Source of the DNA: Burkholderiales bacterium
GTDB taxonomy: Bacteria; Pseudomonadota; Gammaproteobacteria; Burkholderiales; Casimicrobiaceae
Length of the DNA: 64,000 nt
Direction of reading: 5' to 3'
Assembly: GCA_043753585.1 (NCBI GenBank)
Contig: JAYUWL010000302.1
Span: 133 to 64,132 of the forward strand
Shown: positions 19,358 to 32,427 of the stretch, piece after piece
Position numbering within the stretch: the first letter of the stretch is position 1
Layout of the letters: every line of letters begins with the position of its first letter
The notes under the pieces: generated by a model
What the model was told of the DNA's origin: nothing
Seen by the model: the letters and a program-made list of their open reading frames with translations, nothing else
The model's database searches: none
Translations under genes and position numbers: made by a program

Positions 19358-19560
19358 GGGGCGCGATTGTAGATACCGTTGCGGGAGCCATTATTGCTGC
19401 TCTCCGGCCGCTGTGGAACTGCGCTCGCGTCGCAACAGCCAATCTAAATGGCAGCGCGCACGGGTAAATCCGCATGCCGCTACGCATTGCGTCATCTAAC
19501 GTTCCACGGCAGAGCAGTCAGGCGGGTGCACCGCGCAGACTCATAAAAAAGGGCAGCAGG

Positions 19561-20682
19561 ATGGAACGTCGAGATTTTTTGTCGGGTGGTTTTGGCGCTG
19601 TCGGCACGGCGGGTGCGGCGGGCGCTGCAGGTGCGTTTGCAGGCTTACTGCCGGGCATCGCCAGCGCGCAGGATTTGCCGACCGTCAATTGGCGACTGAC
19701 CTCAGGCTTTCCGAAATCGCTGGACACGATCTACGGTGGTGCGGAGCAGTTCGCGCGTATCGTTGAAGCGGTCACCGGCGGCAAGTTCAAGATAAGCGTA
19801 GCGGGCCCTGGAGAGATTGTGCCGGGCCCGGGCGCGTTTGAGGCTGTACAGAAGGGCACCGTGCAATGTGCGCACACGGCGGGGTATTACTTTCTCAGTG
19901 TCAATAAAGCGCTCGCTTTCGACACGACGCTTCCGTTCGGTATGAACCAGCGCCAGCACAACGCCTGGGTGTATCAGGGCGGCGGGCTTGAGTTGCTGCG
20001 CGGGCTGTTTGCGCAGTACAACATAGTGAACTTTCCGATGGGTAACACCGGCGCGCAAATGGGAGGCTGGTACAACAAAGAAATTCGCAGCATGGAGGAC
20101 GTGAAAGGGCTGAAAATTCGCATCCCCGGCTTTGGTGCGGAAATCTGGCAGCGACTCGGTGCCGAGCCTGTTAACTTGCCGGGTGGCGAGATTGCAGCCG
20201 CGCTGCGAGACAAGAAAATCGACGCTGGTGAATGGGTTGGCCCGTATGACGACGACAAGCTTGGACTGCCTGCAGTGGCGCGTTTTTATTACTACCCGGC
20301 ATGGTGGGAGCCATCCGCTGCCTTGAGTCTTTACGTGAATAAGGCTGCGTATGACGCGTTGCCGCCACCGTACAAAGAGGTGGTCACCGTCGCTACGGGC
20401 TGGGTGAATCAATGGATGATGGCGGCGTACGATTCGAGAAATCCTGCCGCATTCAAGAAAATGATTGGTAGCGGCACGCGACTGCAACTCTTTCCCAACA
20501 ATTTTATGATTGCCGCTTATCGCGCTGGATTTTCGATCTACGATGCTGAGGCAAAAATCAATCCTGCGTTCAAGAAAATCTATGAACCGTGGAAGCGCTA
20601 CCGCACGGAGATCAACGAGTGGCACAAAACGGCCGAGGCCGCGATGACCAACTTTCTGGGCAACTGGCGCGCAGAGGGCTGA
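19561..20682 (+). CDS. TRAP transporter substrate-binding protein (DctP/TakP-like), Tat signal
   Basis: ERRDFL twin-Arg; WRLTSGFPKSLDTI, GNTGAQMGGW, EWVGPYDD. Confidence 0.92.
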   Translation: MERRDFLSGGFGAVGTAGAAGAAGAFAGLLPGIASAQDLPTVNWRLTSGFPKSLDTIYGGAEQFARIVEAVTGGKFKISVAGPGEIVPGPGAFEAVQKGTVQCAHTAGYYFLSVNKALAFDTTLPFGMNQRQHNAWVYQGGGLELLRGLFAQYNIVNFPMGNTGAQMGGWYNKEIRSMEDVKGLKIRIPGFGAEIWQRLGAEPVNLPGGEIAAALRDKKIDAGEWVGPYDDDKLGLPAVARFYYYPAWWEPSAALSLYVNKAAYDALPPPYKEVVTVATGWVNQWMMAAYDSRNPAAFKKMIGSGTRLQLFPNNFMIAAYRAGFSIYDAEAKINPAFKKIYEPWKRYRTEINEWHKTAEAAMTNFLGNWRAEG

Positions 20683-20701
20683 TGAGTAGTTTCTACCCCA
20701 T

Positions 20702-20765
20702 CAGCTTTTTGTTGAAAGCACCGCTACATTAGAGCTTGCAGCGATAAACCGTGATAGTCGACTGC
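20702..20765 (+). repeat. 116-bp dyad element, left arm and centre (copy D)
   Basis: CAGCTTTT-tgtTGAA..AGAGCTTG..GATAGTC|GACT with centre at 20759|20760, element positions 58|59. Confidence 0.75.
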
Positions 20766-20855
20766 TAATAGGCAACCACGCTCATAATGCCCGATTGTGT
20801 GCACCCGATGAGGTGTTCAGGCGTCGGCGCCATACATCAGTCTGCCGCGGGAATG

Positions 20856-21815
20856 CTAAGCCGTAACGGCCTCAATCGCCTTGACAACCTCAACGGTGAG
20901 CTTCGGTACGACCTCCAGGGCCTTCATGTTCTCCTCAACTTGCGAGACGCGGGAGGCGCCCGTTATCACGGTCGAGACGTTCGGGTTTTTCAGGCACCAA
21001 GCGAGCGCGAGCTGCGAGATTGTGCAGCCTAGATCACCGGCGATTGGGCGCAGCTTTTCGACCGCAGCAATCTTGCTTGCATCGGTCACGCGCTCTGCGA
21101 TCCATTCGTAGCCCTTCAGCGCGGCGCGACTATCTGCCGGAATGCCGTCCTTGTATTTTCCGGTCAACAGCCCCGATGCGAGCGGGCTCCAGGTGGTTAG
21201 CCCGAGGCCAATGTCGCCGTATAGTCGGGCGAATTCAGTTTCCACTTTTTCGCGCGCGAAGAGGTTGTATTGCGGCTGCTCCATGACCGGTTTGTGCAGG
21301 TGATGACGCTCAGCTATTTCGTAGGCGGCGCGGATGTCGTCGGCGTTCCATTCGCTAGTGCCCCAGTACATCGCCTTGCCCTGCGTGATCATGTCGCTCA
21401 TCGCGCGGACGGTCTCTTCTATCGGCGTATTCGGGTCTCCGCGATGGCAGAACACGAGGTCCACGTAATCAAGCTGCAGGCGCTTCAGCGAGCCGTCAAT
21501 GGCCTGCATGAGGTATTTGCGATTGAGTGTGTTCTTCTCGTTCGGGCCCTCGTTGATCCCCCAGAAAAATTTGGTCGAGATGACCACCTGCGCGCGTCGC
21601 CACTTTAAAGCTTTAAGCGCTTCGCCCATGATCGTTTCCGACATGCCGCGCGCGTACACCTCGGCGTTGTCAAAGAAATTGACACCGGCGTCCCAGGCGG
21701 CGGCCATGCATTCGACCGCGGACTTGGTGTCGACCTGAGAGCCGTAGGTGACCCATGAGCCAAAAGAGAGCTCGGAGACTTTCAGGCCGGAGTGGCCAAG
21801 GCGACGGTATTGCAT
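20856..21815 (-). CDS. Aldo/keto reductase (Kv-beta-like)
   Basis: [33 protein letters not shown]. Confidence 0.94.
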   Translation of the reverse strand: MQYRRLGHSGLKVSELSFGSWVTYGSQVDTKSAVECMAAAWDAGVNFFDNAEVYARGMSETIMGEALKALKWRRAQVVISTKFFWGINEGPNEKNTLNRKYLMQAIDGSLKRLQLDYVDLVFCHRGDPNTPIEETVRAMSDMITQGKAMYWGTSEWNADDIRAAYEIAERHHLHKPVMEQPQYNLFAREKVETEFARLYGDIGLGLTTWSPLASGLLTGKYKDGIPADSRAALKGYEWIAERVTDASKIAAVEKLRPIAGDLGCTISQLALAWCLKNPNVSTVITGASRVSQVEENMKALEVVPKLTVEVVKAIEAVTA

Positions 21816-21886
21816 GCGTTACTCGACAAAAACATTGATAACGCATGTAGTGTAGAGGACGGGCGACGTGTAGCGGTTCCGCGTTC

Positions 21887-22384
21887 CTATCCGTCTATTG
21901 TTGCGAGCAATTCGTTCGCAGCCAGAATCTTTTTCGTCAACGCAGCGAAGTGGGCCCGCTCCGTCGCAGACAGCGGAGCGACGATGGCCTGTTGTGCGCT
22001 TTGGACGGCGGGTTGCATCTCTGCAAGTACCTGTTTTCCGTCGCTCGTGAGTTCGAGTAGTCGCACGCGTCGGTCGGTTGGCGATGCATTGCGGGTGACC
22101 AAACCGCGTTTTTCCAGCCGATCAATCACGCCGCCAATCGTTGATGTGTCAAAGCGAATCGCGGTGGCGAGTGTGCGCTGGTCAAGGCCGGGAGACTTGA
22201 AGATTTCCTCCAGCGCAGCGTATTGCACGGGCGTGACGCCATGCGCTTTCGTGTGCTCCATGAACAGTGAGACCGCGATTTGTTGCAGGCGACGGATGCT
22301 GTGGCCCGGCAGCTCGGTGATCGCAACGATTTTTGGCAACTGAGTCTGGGGAGATTTTTTGTCGTACACAGCGGCGTTTTTCAA
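21887..22384 (-). CDS. MarR family regulator
   Basis: Winged HTH with DRRVRLLELT; divergent from gentisate genes. Confidence 0.92.
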   Translation of the reverse strand: MKNAAVYDKKSPQTQLPKIVAITELPGHSIRRLQQIAVSLFMEHTKAHGVTPVQYAALEEIFKSPGLDQRTLATAIRFDTSTIGGVIDRLEKRGLVTRNASPTDRRVRLLELTSDGKQVLAEMQPAVQSAQQAIVAPLSATERAHFAALTKKILAANELLATIDG

Positions 22385-22494
22385 AGTGTCTTCCTGAGTC
22401 GTTCCGAGCTATATCGAAGGATCGGGTTATTTCGCAACAGTTTTTGTAATGCACCCTGATTGGCGCGCCACCTGATCCTTCGCCGGACTCAAGA

Positions 22495-22550
22495 TAACGC
22501 GTATAGTTTTATACGTAAACATATAAAGCGTATGCTGATTATATTTATAC
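22495..22550. promoter_or_regulatory. AT-rich divergent promoter with candidate MarR operators
   Basis: Imperfect palindromes ATAACGCGTATAGTTTTAT and ATAAAGCGTATGCTGATTAT. Confidence 0.5.
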
Positions 22551-22586
22551 TTCCGATATGGGATTGGTTCAAATCAAGGAGGCCAC

Positions 22587-23795
22587 GTGAGTGGATCGGA
22601 AAGCAAATTGCGCGAACACCCCGTCATCGTCGCTGGCGGCGGTATTAGCGGGCTCGCAGCAGCGCTGGCGACTGCGCGGCAGGGCTTTCGCGTCAAGGTA
22701 CTTGAGCAGTCACCCGAGATCGGCGAAATAGGCGCGGGCATTCAGCTGGGGCCGAACGCATTCGCCGCGTTCCATGCACTGGGAGTGGGCCCGAATGCGC
22801 GCGCTCGTGCCGTCTACACGGAGCGCTTGTTGATGATGGATGCCGTCGACGATTCCGTCGTTGCCGAGATTCCGGTGGGGGAAGCGTTTCGCGAACGTTT
22901 CGGCAACCCCTACGCCGTGATTCACCGCGCCGACGTGCATAAATCCTTGCTGGAAGGGGTTGAAGCGATGTCTCAAATTGAATTTTTGACTTCCACGCGC
23001 GTTGAACGTGTCGAGCAGGACGCAACGAGTGTCACCGTGTACGACCAGAATGGGGTCGCGCATCGGGGAGCCGCTTTGATAGGCGCTGATGGCGTGAAAT
23101 CCTCGGTCCGCGAGGCGCTAGTCGGCGATCAGGTCCGAGTGTCCGGCCATGTTGTATATCGAGCTGTCGTCGAAGCCAAAGATTTTCCGGAAGATCTGCG
23201 CTGGAGCGCCGCCACGATCTGGGTCGGCCCGAATTGTCATCTCGTGCATTACCCCATGCGGGGCGGCGAGCAGTACAACCTGGTCGTCACCTTTCACAGT
23301 CGCGAGAAGGAAGGCTGGAGCGTGACAGAAGGCAGTGCGGCTGAGGTGGAGAGTTATTTCACCGGGCTTTGCCTTCGTGCGCGACGACTGATTTATTTAC
23401 CAAAGAGCTGGAAGCGTTGGGCCACAGTTGATCGCGAGCCGATTGGCAAATGGTCGTATGGTCGTGCCACGTTGCTTGGCGACGCAGCACATCCAATGTT
23501 GCAGTACCTTGCGCAGGGCGCATGCATGGCGATGGAAGACGCGGTAACGCTGGGTGAGGCGCTGGGTGCACATGAGGGTGATTTTGCGAAAGCGTTTGCG
23601 CATTACGAGCGTTCGCGTGTGGCTCGCACCGCGCGCGTGGTGCTCTCAGCTCGCGAATTGGGGCGTATTTATCACGCCAGAGATGTTGAACGTTTGGTGC
23701 GGAATGATCTTTGGAAGGGGCGGTCGCCTGAGCGTTTTTATGATGCGGTAGAGTGGCTCTATGGATGGCGGCAAGAGACGTGTCTGGTGACGTGA
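22587..23795 (+). CDS. 3-hydroxybenzoate 6-monooxygenase
   Basis: GGGISG, EIGAGIQLGPNAF, GDAAHPMLQYLAQGAC; precedes gentisate dioxygenase. Confidence 0.9.
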   Translation: MSGSESKLREHPVIVAGGGISGLAAALATARQGFRVKVLEQSPEIGEIGAGIQLGPNAFAAFHALGVGPNARARAVYTERLLMMDAVDDSVVAEIPVGEAFRERFGNPYAVIHRADVHKSLLEGVEAMSQIEFLTSTRVERVEQDATSVTVYDQNGVAHRGAALIGADGVKSSVREALVGDQVRVSGHVVYRAVVEAKDFPEDLRWSAATIWVGPNCHLVHYPMRGGEQYNLVVTFHSREKEGWSVTEGSAAEVESYFTGLCLRARRLIYLPKSWKRWATVDREPIGKWSYGRATLLGDAAHPMLQYLAQGACMAMEDAVTLGEALGAHEGDFAKAFAHYERSRVARTARVVLSARELGRIYHARDVERLVRNDLWKGRSPERFYDAVEWLYGWRQETCLVT

Positions 23796-23921
23796 GTTTG
23801 TCCCCGCTCCCCGAACACAGAAGCACGGGGCTAATCGCTGTGGCTCCCCGGAAGATGTTGGTAAATTGATGAACTGGGCAAACTTTCGGTTTGCGTTGAG
23901 TAAAGCGATTAGGAGGACAAC

Positions 23922-24965
23922 ATGGGTGCAGCAATCACTGAAACCGATCAGGCCGAGCGCGAAGCGTTTTACGCGCGTATCGATCCGCAGAATATGGCGC
24001 CGCTGTGGACACGCCTGAAATCATTGGTGCCTGCAGCGCCCACCCCCATCGGCGTGCCGCATCAGTGGCGCTACGCGGACGTACGTCCCTTCGTACTTGA
24101 ATCGGCTTCGCACATCAGCGCGGAAGAGGCTGAGCGTCGTGTACTGATTCTTGAAAATCCGGCGTTGCGGGGCTCGTCGCAAATCACCAGTTCGCTTTAC
24201 GCCGGCATTCAGCTCATCATGCCGGGCGAGGTCGCTCCAGCGCATCGGCACACCCAGTCGGCATTGCGTCTGGTGCTCGAAGGTAGGGGTGCCTACACCG
24301 CTGTCGACGGCGAAAAGACGATCATGCAGCCCGGCGATTTTGTGATCACACCGTCATGGACATGGCATCACCACGGGCATGAGGCGACCGGACCGATGGT
24401 GTGGCTTGATGGCCTCGACATTCCGATGCTCGCGCATTTCAACAGCACGTTTCGCGAGGATCATCACCAGGCCGAAGCTGAAATCACAAGACCGACGGGC
24501 GATTCACTTGCGCGCTACGGTAGCGGCCTGTTGCCGCTGAACTACCGCGCGCAAGCGCTCAATTCGCCGATCTTCAATTACCCGTACGCACGCACCCGCG
24601 AAGCACTCGCTCAACTGGCGCACGCAGGTGCGCCAGATGCACATCAGGGTTGTGTGATGCGCTACGTTAATCCGGTCGACGGCGGCTGGGCGATGCCCAC
24701 GATGGCGACTACGATTCGCCTGTTGCCGAAGGGCTTTTCCACACAGCCTTATCGCTCTAGCGACAGCGCAATTTTTGTTGCTCTGGAGGGTTCAACGACG
24801 CTTAATGTTGCAGGGCAATCGTTTGTGCTTGCGCCAAAAGACGTTGCCGTGGTTCCGGGCTGGACGCCTTACATATTGCACGCGTCCGAAGAGTCCGTGC
24901 TGTTCTGTTTTTCTGATCGCGTCGCGCAGGAAAAACTTGGTTTTTTCCGCGAAGCACGCAGTTAG
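23922..24965 (+). CDS. gtdA: Gentisate 1,2-dioxygenase
   Basis: AERRVLILENP, APAHRHTQSALR, WLDGLDIP. Confidence 0.95.
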   Translation: MGAAITETDQAEREAFYARIDPQNMAPLWTRLKSLVPAAPTPIGVPHQWRYADVRPFVLESASHISAEEAERRVLILENPALRGSSQITSSLYAGIQLIMPGEVAPAHRHTQSALRLVLEGRGAYTAVDGEKTIMQPGDFVITPSWTWHHHGHEATGPMVWLDGLDIPMLAHFNSTFREDHHQAEAEITRPTGDSLARYGSGLLPLNYRAQALNSPIFNYPYARTREALAQLAHAGAPDAHQGCVMRYVNPVDGGWAMPTMATTIRLLPKGFSTQPYRSSDSAIFVALEGSTTLNVAGQSFVLAPKDVAVVPGWTPYILHASEESVLFCFSDRVAQEKLGFFREARS

Positions 24966-25055
24966 ACCGTTTCAATATTTCAAAACCCGATCAAGGCGGT
25001 TGTTTTGCTTCGGCATGGGACGATCGCTGTGAAATCGCGTGCAGGGTGAAGCCGA

Positions 25056-26444
25056 TCAAGTGCCCTGCGAAGCACCTTTGCGCGCTCGCAAATCAATCCG
25101 GTTATCACCCCGTAGCAGGTTGAACACGACAAACCGATTTGCCTCTCGAATCGCGCGCCGCACCTCGTCCGGTGACTGAACATACCCGCCGTTGACACCG
25201 AGCAGAATGTCGTTGTCACGCAGGCCGATTTGGTGCGCTTCGCCCGATGGGCTCACGTCCAAGACATAGACACCGCGACGATTCAATTCCTTCGGAATAC
25301 TGGCTAACTCCGTTCCAGGCAGCTCTGAGATTTTTTCTGGCCTGAGTCCTTGCGCCCGAGCGGGGGTTTCGATCGTAATGCGCACGATTCGAAGCTGGCC
25401 GTTATGCATCACTGATAGATCAAGATGCTGACCGATGGGCGTCAGGCCTTGCTGATTACGCAGGTCGTAACCGGTGCGCACCGCGCGCCCATTGGCGCTC
25501 AGCACGACGTCCCCTTTTCTAAGCCCTGCCTTGTCGGCAGGGCTGCCAGAGATCACCGTATTAATTACCGCGCCTTCAATGGTCGGTAGTTTTTGCTCTC
25601 TGGCGATTTCCTGATTCACCTCGCCAACGGCGGCGATACCGATGCCACCGCGCTTGACCTCACCGAAGCGCGCAAGCTGATCCATCACGCGCATCGCCAT
25701 GTTGGTTGGCACAGCAAAGCCGATGCCGACATTGCCACCAGTTGGGCCGATGATGGCGGTGTTGATGCCAATGAGTTCGCCGCGGAGATTGATGAGCGCA
25801 CCGCCAGAGTTACCCGGATTTATTGATGCGTCGGTCTGGATGAAATCTTCGAACCCTTCAATGTTGAGACCGGCGCGACCGAGCGCCGAGACGATGCCCG
25901 AAGTCACCGTTTGCCCAACGCCAAACGGGTTGCCAATGGCGAGCACGTAGTCGCCGACTTGCAATGCATCAGACTCACCCACGCGCACCGCGGTGAGCTT
26001 TTCAGCCGGGATTTGCAATAACGCGATGTCGGTGGCAGGATCTGTGCCAATAAGTTTAGCAGTGAGTTCCCGGCGATCACGCAGCGTGACAACGATCTTG
26101 GTCGCGCCTTTGATGACGTGATTGTTGGTGAGCACGTAACCCTTGCCCGCGTCGACAATCACGCCCGAGCCCGAGGCTTGTGATTCGCGCGGACGATCCG
26201 GCGCACCGAAGAAGCGGCGGAAAAACGGGTCGTTGAACATCGGGTTATCGCCGTCGTTGCCGCGAGCCGTGGTCGAAATATTGACAACTCCGGCTGCCGT
26301 TTGGTTGACGATGGGCGCGAGGCTGGGTATGGTGCCGCCGAGGCCAGGGCTGGCCTGGCGGGGAATGGCTGGCTGCGCGAGCGATGGCGCTGTAGCAAGT
26401 CCAAGCGTCGCGAGTAAAAGTGCAAATGCGCTGCGAAGAATCAT
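25056..26444 (-). CDS. degQ: Do/DegQ family serine protease with two PDZ domains
   Basis: TNNHV, DIALL, NPGNSGG. Confidence 0.9.
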   Translation of the reverse strand: MILRSAFALLLATLGLATAPSLAQPAIPRQASPGLGGTIPSLAPIVNQTAAGVVNISTTARGNDGDNPMFNDPFFRRFFGAPDRPRESQASGSGVIVDAGKGYVLTNNHVIKGATKIVVTLRDRRELTAKLIGTDPATDIALLQIPAEKLTAVRVGESDALQVGDYVLAIGNPFGVGQTVTSGIVSALGRAGLNIEGFEDFIQTDASINPGNSGGALINLRGELIGINTAIIGPTGGNVGIGFAVPTNMAMRVMDQLARFGEVKRGGIGIAAVGEVNQEIAREQKLPTIEGAVINTVISGSPADKAGLRKGDVVLSANGRAVRTGYDLRNQQGLTPIGQHLDLSVMHNGQLRIVRITIETPARAQGLRPEKISELPGTELASIPKELNRRGVYVLDVSPSGEAHQIGLRDNDILLGVNGGYVQSPDEVRRAIREANRFVVFNLLRGDNRIDLRARKGASQGT

Positions 26445-26468
26445 GCGGGTTCCTGTGCAGAGAGTGGA

Positions 26469-26521
26469 TCGCGGCAGGACCGCTCCTACAACGACGCAGT
26501 GTAGAAGCTGCTCTGTCGCGA
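26469..26521. repeat. Two REP units in the opposite relative orientation
   Basis: TCGCGGCAGGACCGCTCCTAC ... GTAGAAGCTGCTCTGTCGCGA. Confidence 0.75.
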
Positions 26522-26537
26522 CCTTGTGAAAGAGTCG

Positions 26538-30522
<3,985 letters not shown>

Positions 30523-30625
30523 TCAGGACTAACAAAGTGAGTATTGAGCTGTCAGATCTGACTAAGCTGAGGGTGTGGCGTTCGATATCCCACGGCAGGA
30601 ATTCCAATTAGCTGGCTCCCAAAAG

Positions 30626-30651
30626 CAAAAAAGGCAGCACGCGGCTGCCTC
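30626..30651 (-). terminator. Intrinsic terminator after rpmE2
   Basis: AGGCAGC-cgcgt-GCTGCCTTTTTT on the minus strand. Confidence 0.75.
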
Positions 30652-30674
30652 GTCTGTTGGCCTAGCAGCGGTAG

Positions 30675-30932
30675 TTAAGCAGCTTCTTTTTTCGCGTATT
30701 TCTTGTTGAAGCGCTCAACGCGGCCAGCGGTGTCCAAAATACGCTGTTGCTTGCCCGTGTAAAACGGGTGTGACATGCTGGAAATCTCCAGGATCACCAA
30801 CGGGTATTCTTTGCCGTCATCCATCGTAATTTTGCGGGGAGTGTGCAGCGTGGAGCGCGTGATCCACTTTTCGTTAGCGGCGGTGTCGTGGAAAACGACG
30901 TTGCGATATTCGGGGTGAATTCCTGTTTTCAT
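30675..30932 (-). CDS. rpmE2: 50S ribosomal protein L31 type B
   Basis: [29 protein letters not shown]; no Zn-binding Cys. Confidence 0.95.
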   Translation of the reverse strand: MKTGIHPEYRNVVFHDTAANEKWITRSTLHTPRKITMDDGKEYPLVILEISSMSHPFYTGKQQRILDTAGRVERFNKKYAKKEAA

Positions 30933-31209
30933 GGGTCTGGTGGTCCTTAAATTTTCACGGCGCCCCAGTGACAAAAAAGTGGCCGGGATACGTGAGGGGT
31001 TGGTCCCGTTCGCTCAACGAATTCAATCGCTAGTTTGCGGGGGAGTGCCGGCAAGGCCAGCTAAGGCAATTATTATGCCAAAAACCACGCCATTAGGCAA
31101 CCTTTAGCCTCGCGGCAAAACTTGCCGTTTATTGCTGACTTGCCGAATCAACAGCTCAGTTGATGCATCGTGTGGAGGCCTTGCTGCGCTGGGGCTAGCG
31201 GCTGACTGG

Positions 31210-31288
31210 CATCAAAAACTGTATGTTATCGACTTTTCATCTTTTCGGTGTCTAGCCCACAATCGGCTTGGGTTCTAATGAAAAGCTA
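31210..31288 (-). repeat. 116-bp dyad element, centre and right arm (copy E)
   Basis: TTATC|GACTT (31230|31231) ... CTAGCCCA (31252) ... AAAAGCTA (31288). Confidence 0.78.
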
Positions 31289-31331
31289 TCTCATCATCCC
31301 TCGCGACGCAGGTTAACACTAGTCCGACGCA

Positions 31332-31359
31332 CTTGAAGTTCGTTGTATCGTTCACATAT
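31332..31359 (+). promoter_or_regulatory. Candidate sigma32 promoter of htpX
   Basis: CTTGAA-N14-TCACATAT versus consensus CTTGAA-N13-15-CCCCATNT. Confidence 0.5.
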
Positions 31360-31433
31360 TCGCAGGCACGCTGCCCGTATTCGACGGGCTCGCACCGCTC
31401 GCGCAACGTGTTTTCTCAAAGGAAAAACCTGCA

Positions 31434-32306
31434 ATGAAACGAATTCTGCTGTTTGTACTGACTAACGTCGCGGTTGTCGCGGTGCTGGGTCTGGTCGCAA
31501 GCATTTTTGGGCTTAACCGCTACGTTGGCCCCGGCGGGCTCAATTTGACCACTTTGCTGGGTTTCGCGCTGGTATTGGGCTTCACTGGCGCGATTTTTTC
31601 GCTGCTCATCAGCAAGCCGATGGCTAAGTGGACGATGGGGCTGACCATGATCAACGATTCGCCTGATGCGACGCATCAATGGATTGTTGCGACCGTACGC
31701 AGATTTGCCGACAAGGCGAAGATCGGCATGCCGGACGTCGCAATTTATGAGGGCGAAGCTAACGCCTTCGCAACCGGCGCGTTCAAAAATTCGGCACTGG
31801 TCGCGGTGTCTACCGGTCTCCTGCAAAGTATGAACCGGGAAGAGGTTGAGGCTGTAATCGGTCACGAAATCGCCCACGTCAGCAACGGCGACATGGTCAC
31901 AATGGCCCTCATTCAGGGCGTGATGAACACGTTCGTGATTTTCTTTTCACGCGTCATCGGCTATTTCGTCGATAAGGTGATTCTCAAAAACGAGCGCGCT
32001 GGCACCGGTATTGGCTACATGATCACCGTATTCGCGCTTGATATGGTGTTGGGTGTCGTCGCCCACATCATCGTGTCGTGGTTTTCGCGCCAGCGTGAGT
32101 ATCGGGCGGATGCTGGCTCGGCTGAACTGATGGGCAACAGCAAACCGATGGTCAACGCACTGGCTCGCCTGGGCGGCCTCGATCCCGGTGAGCTGCCCGC
32201 CACCGTAAAAGCGATGAGTATCAGTGACCGGCCGGGTTGGTCTGCGCTATTCTCGACGCATCCTGCAATGGAAGATCGTATCAAGGCGTTGCAAGAGCGA
32301 CGTTAA
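31434..32306 (+). CDS. htpX: Membrane protease HtpX
   Basis: [26 protein letters not shown]. Confidence 0.96.
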   Translation: MKRILLFVLTNVAVVAVLGLVASIFGLNRYVGPGGLNLTTLLGFALVLGFTGAIFSLLISKPMAKWTMGLTMINDSPDATHQWIVATVRRFADKAKIGMPDVAIYEGEANAFATGAFKNSALVAVSTGLLQSMNREEVEAVIGHEIAHVSNGDMVTMALIQGVMNTFVIFFSRVIGYFVDKVILKNERAGTGIGYMITVFALDMVLGVVAHIIVSWFSRQREYRADAGSAELMGNSKPMVNALARLGGLDPGELPATVKAMSISDRPGWSALFSTHPAMEDRIKALQERR

Positions 32307-32330
32307 TTCGTTCGTTCTGTATGTCCGACA

Positions 32331-32349
32331 AGGCCCCGCGAGGGGCTTT
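32331..32349 (+). terminator. Probable terminator after htpX
   Basis: AGGCCCC-gcga-GGGGCTTT. Confidence 0.6.
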
Positions 32350-32427
32350 GTCGTCTTGCTGCCTCCAAAAATCACGGGTGCGAGCCCAATGGGATAATTC
32401 CGGACAACGATTTCCCAAGCCTTCCCC

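Noticed and set aside
23794-23860. GGGGCTAA between the hydroxylase and gtdA as an element arm
   Set aside because: No AGCTTT at the canonical distance and no TCGA centre.
30546-30568. Palindrome AGCTGTCAGATCTGACTAAGCT upstream of the arnT-like gene
   Set aside because: Single imperfect occurrence; cannot be assigned to a regulator.
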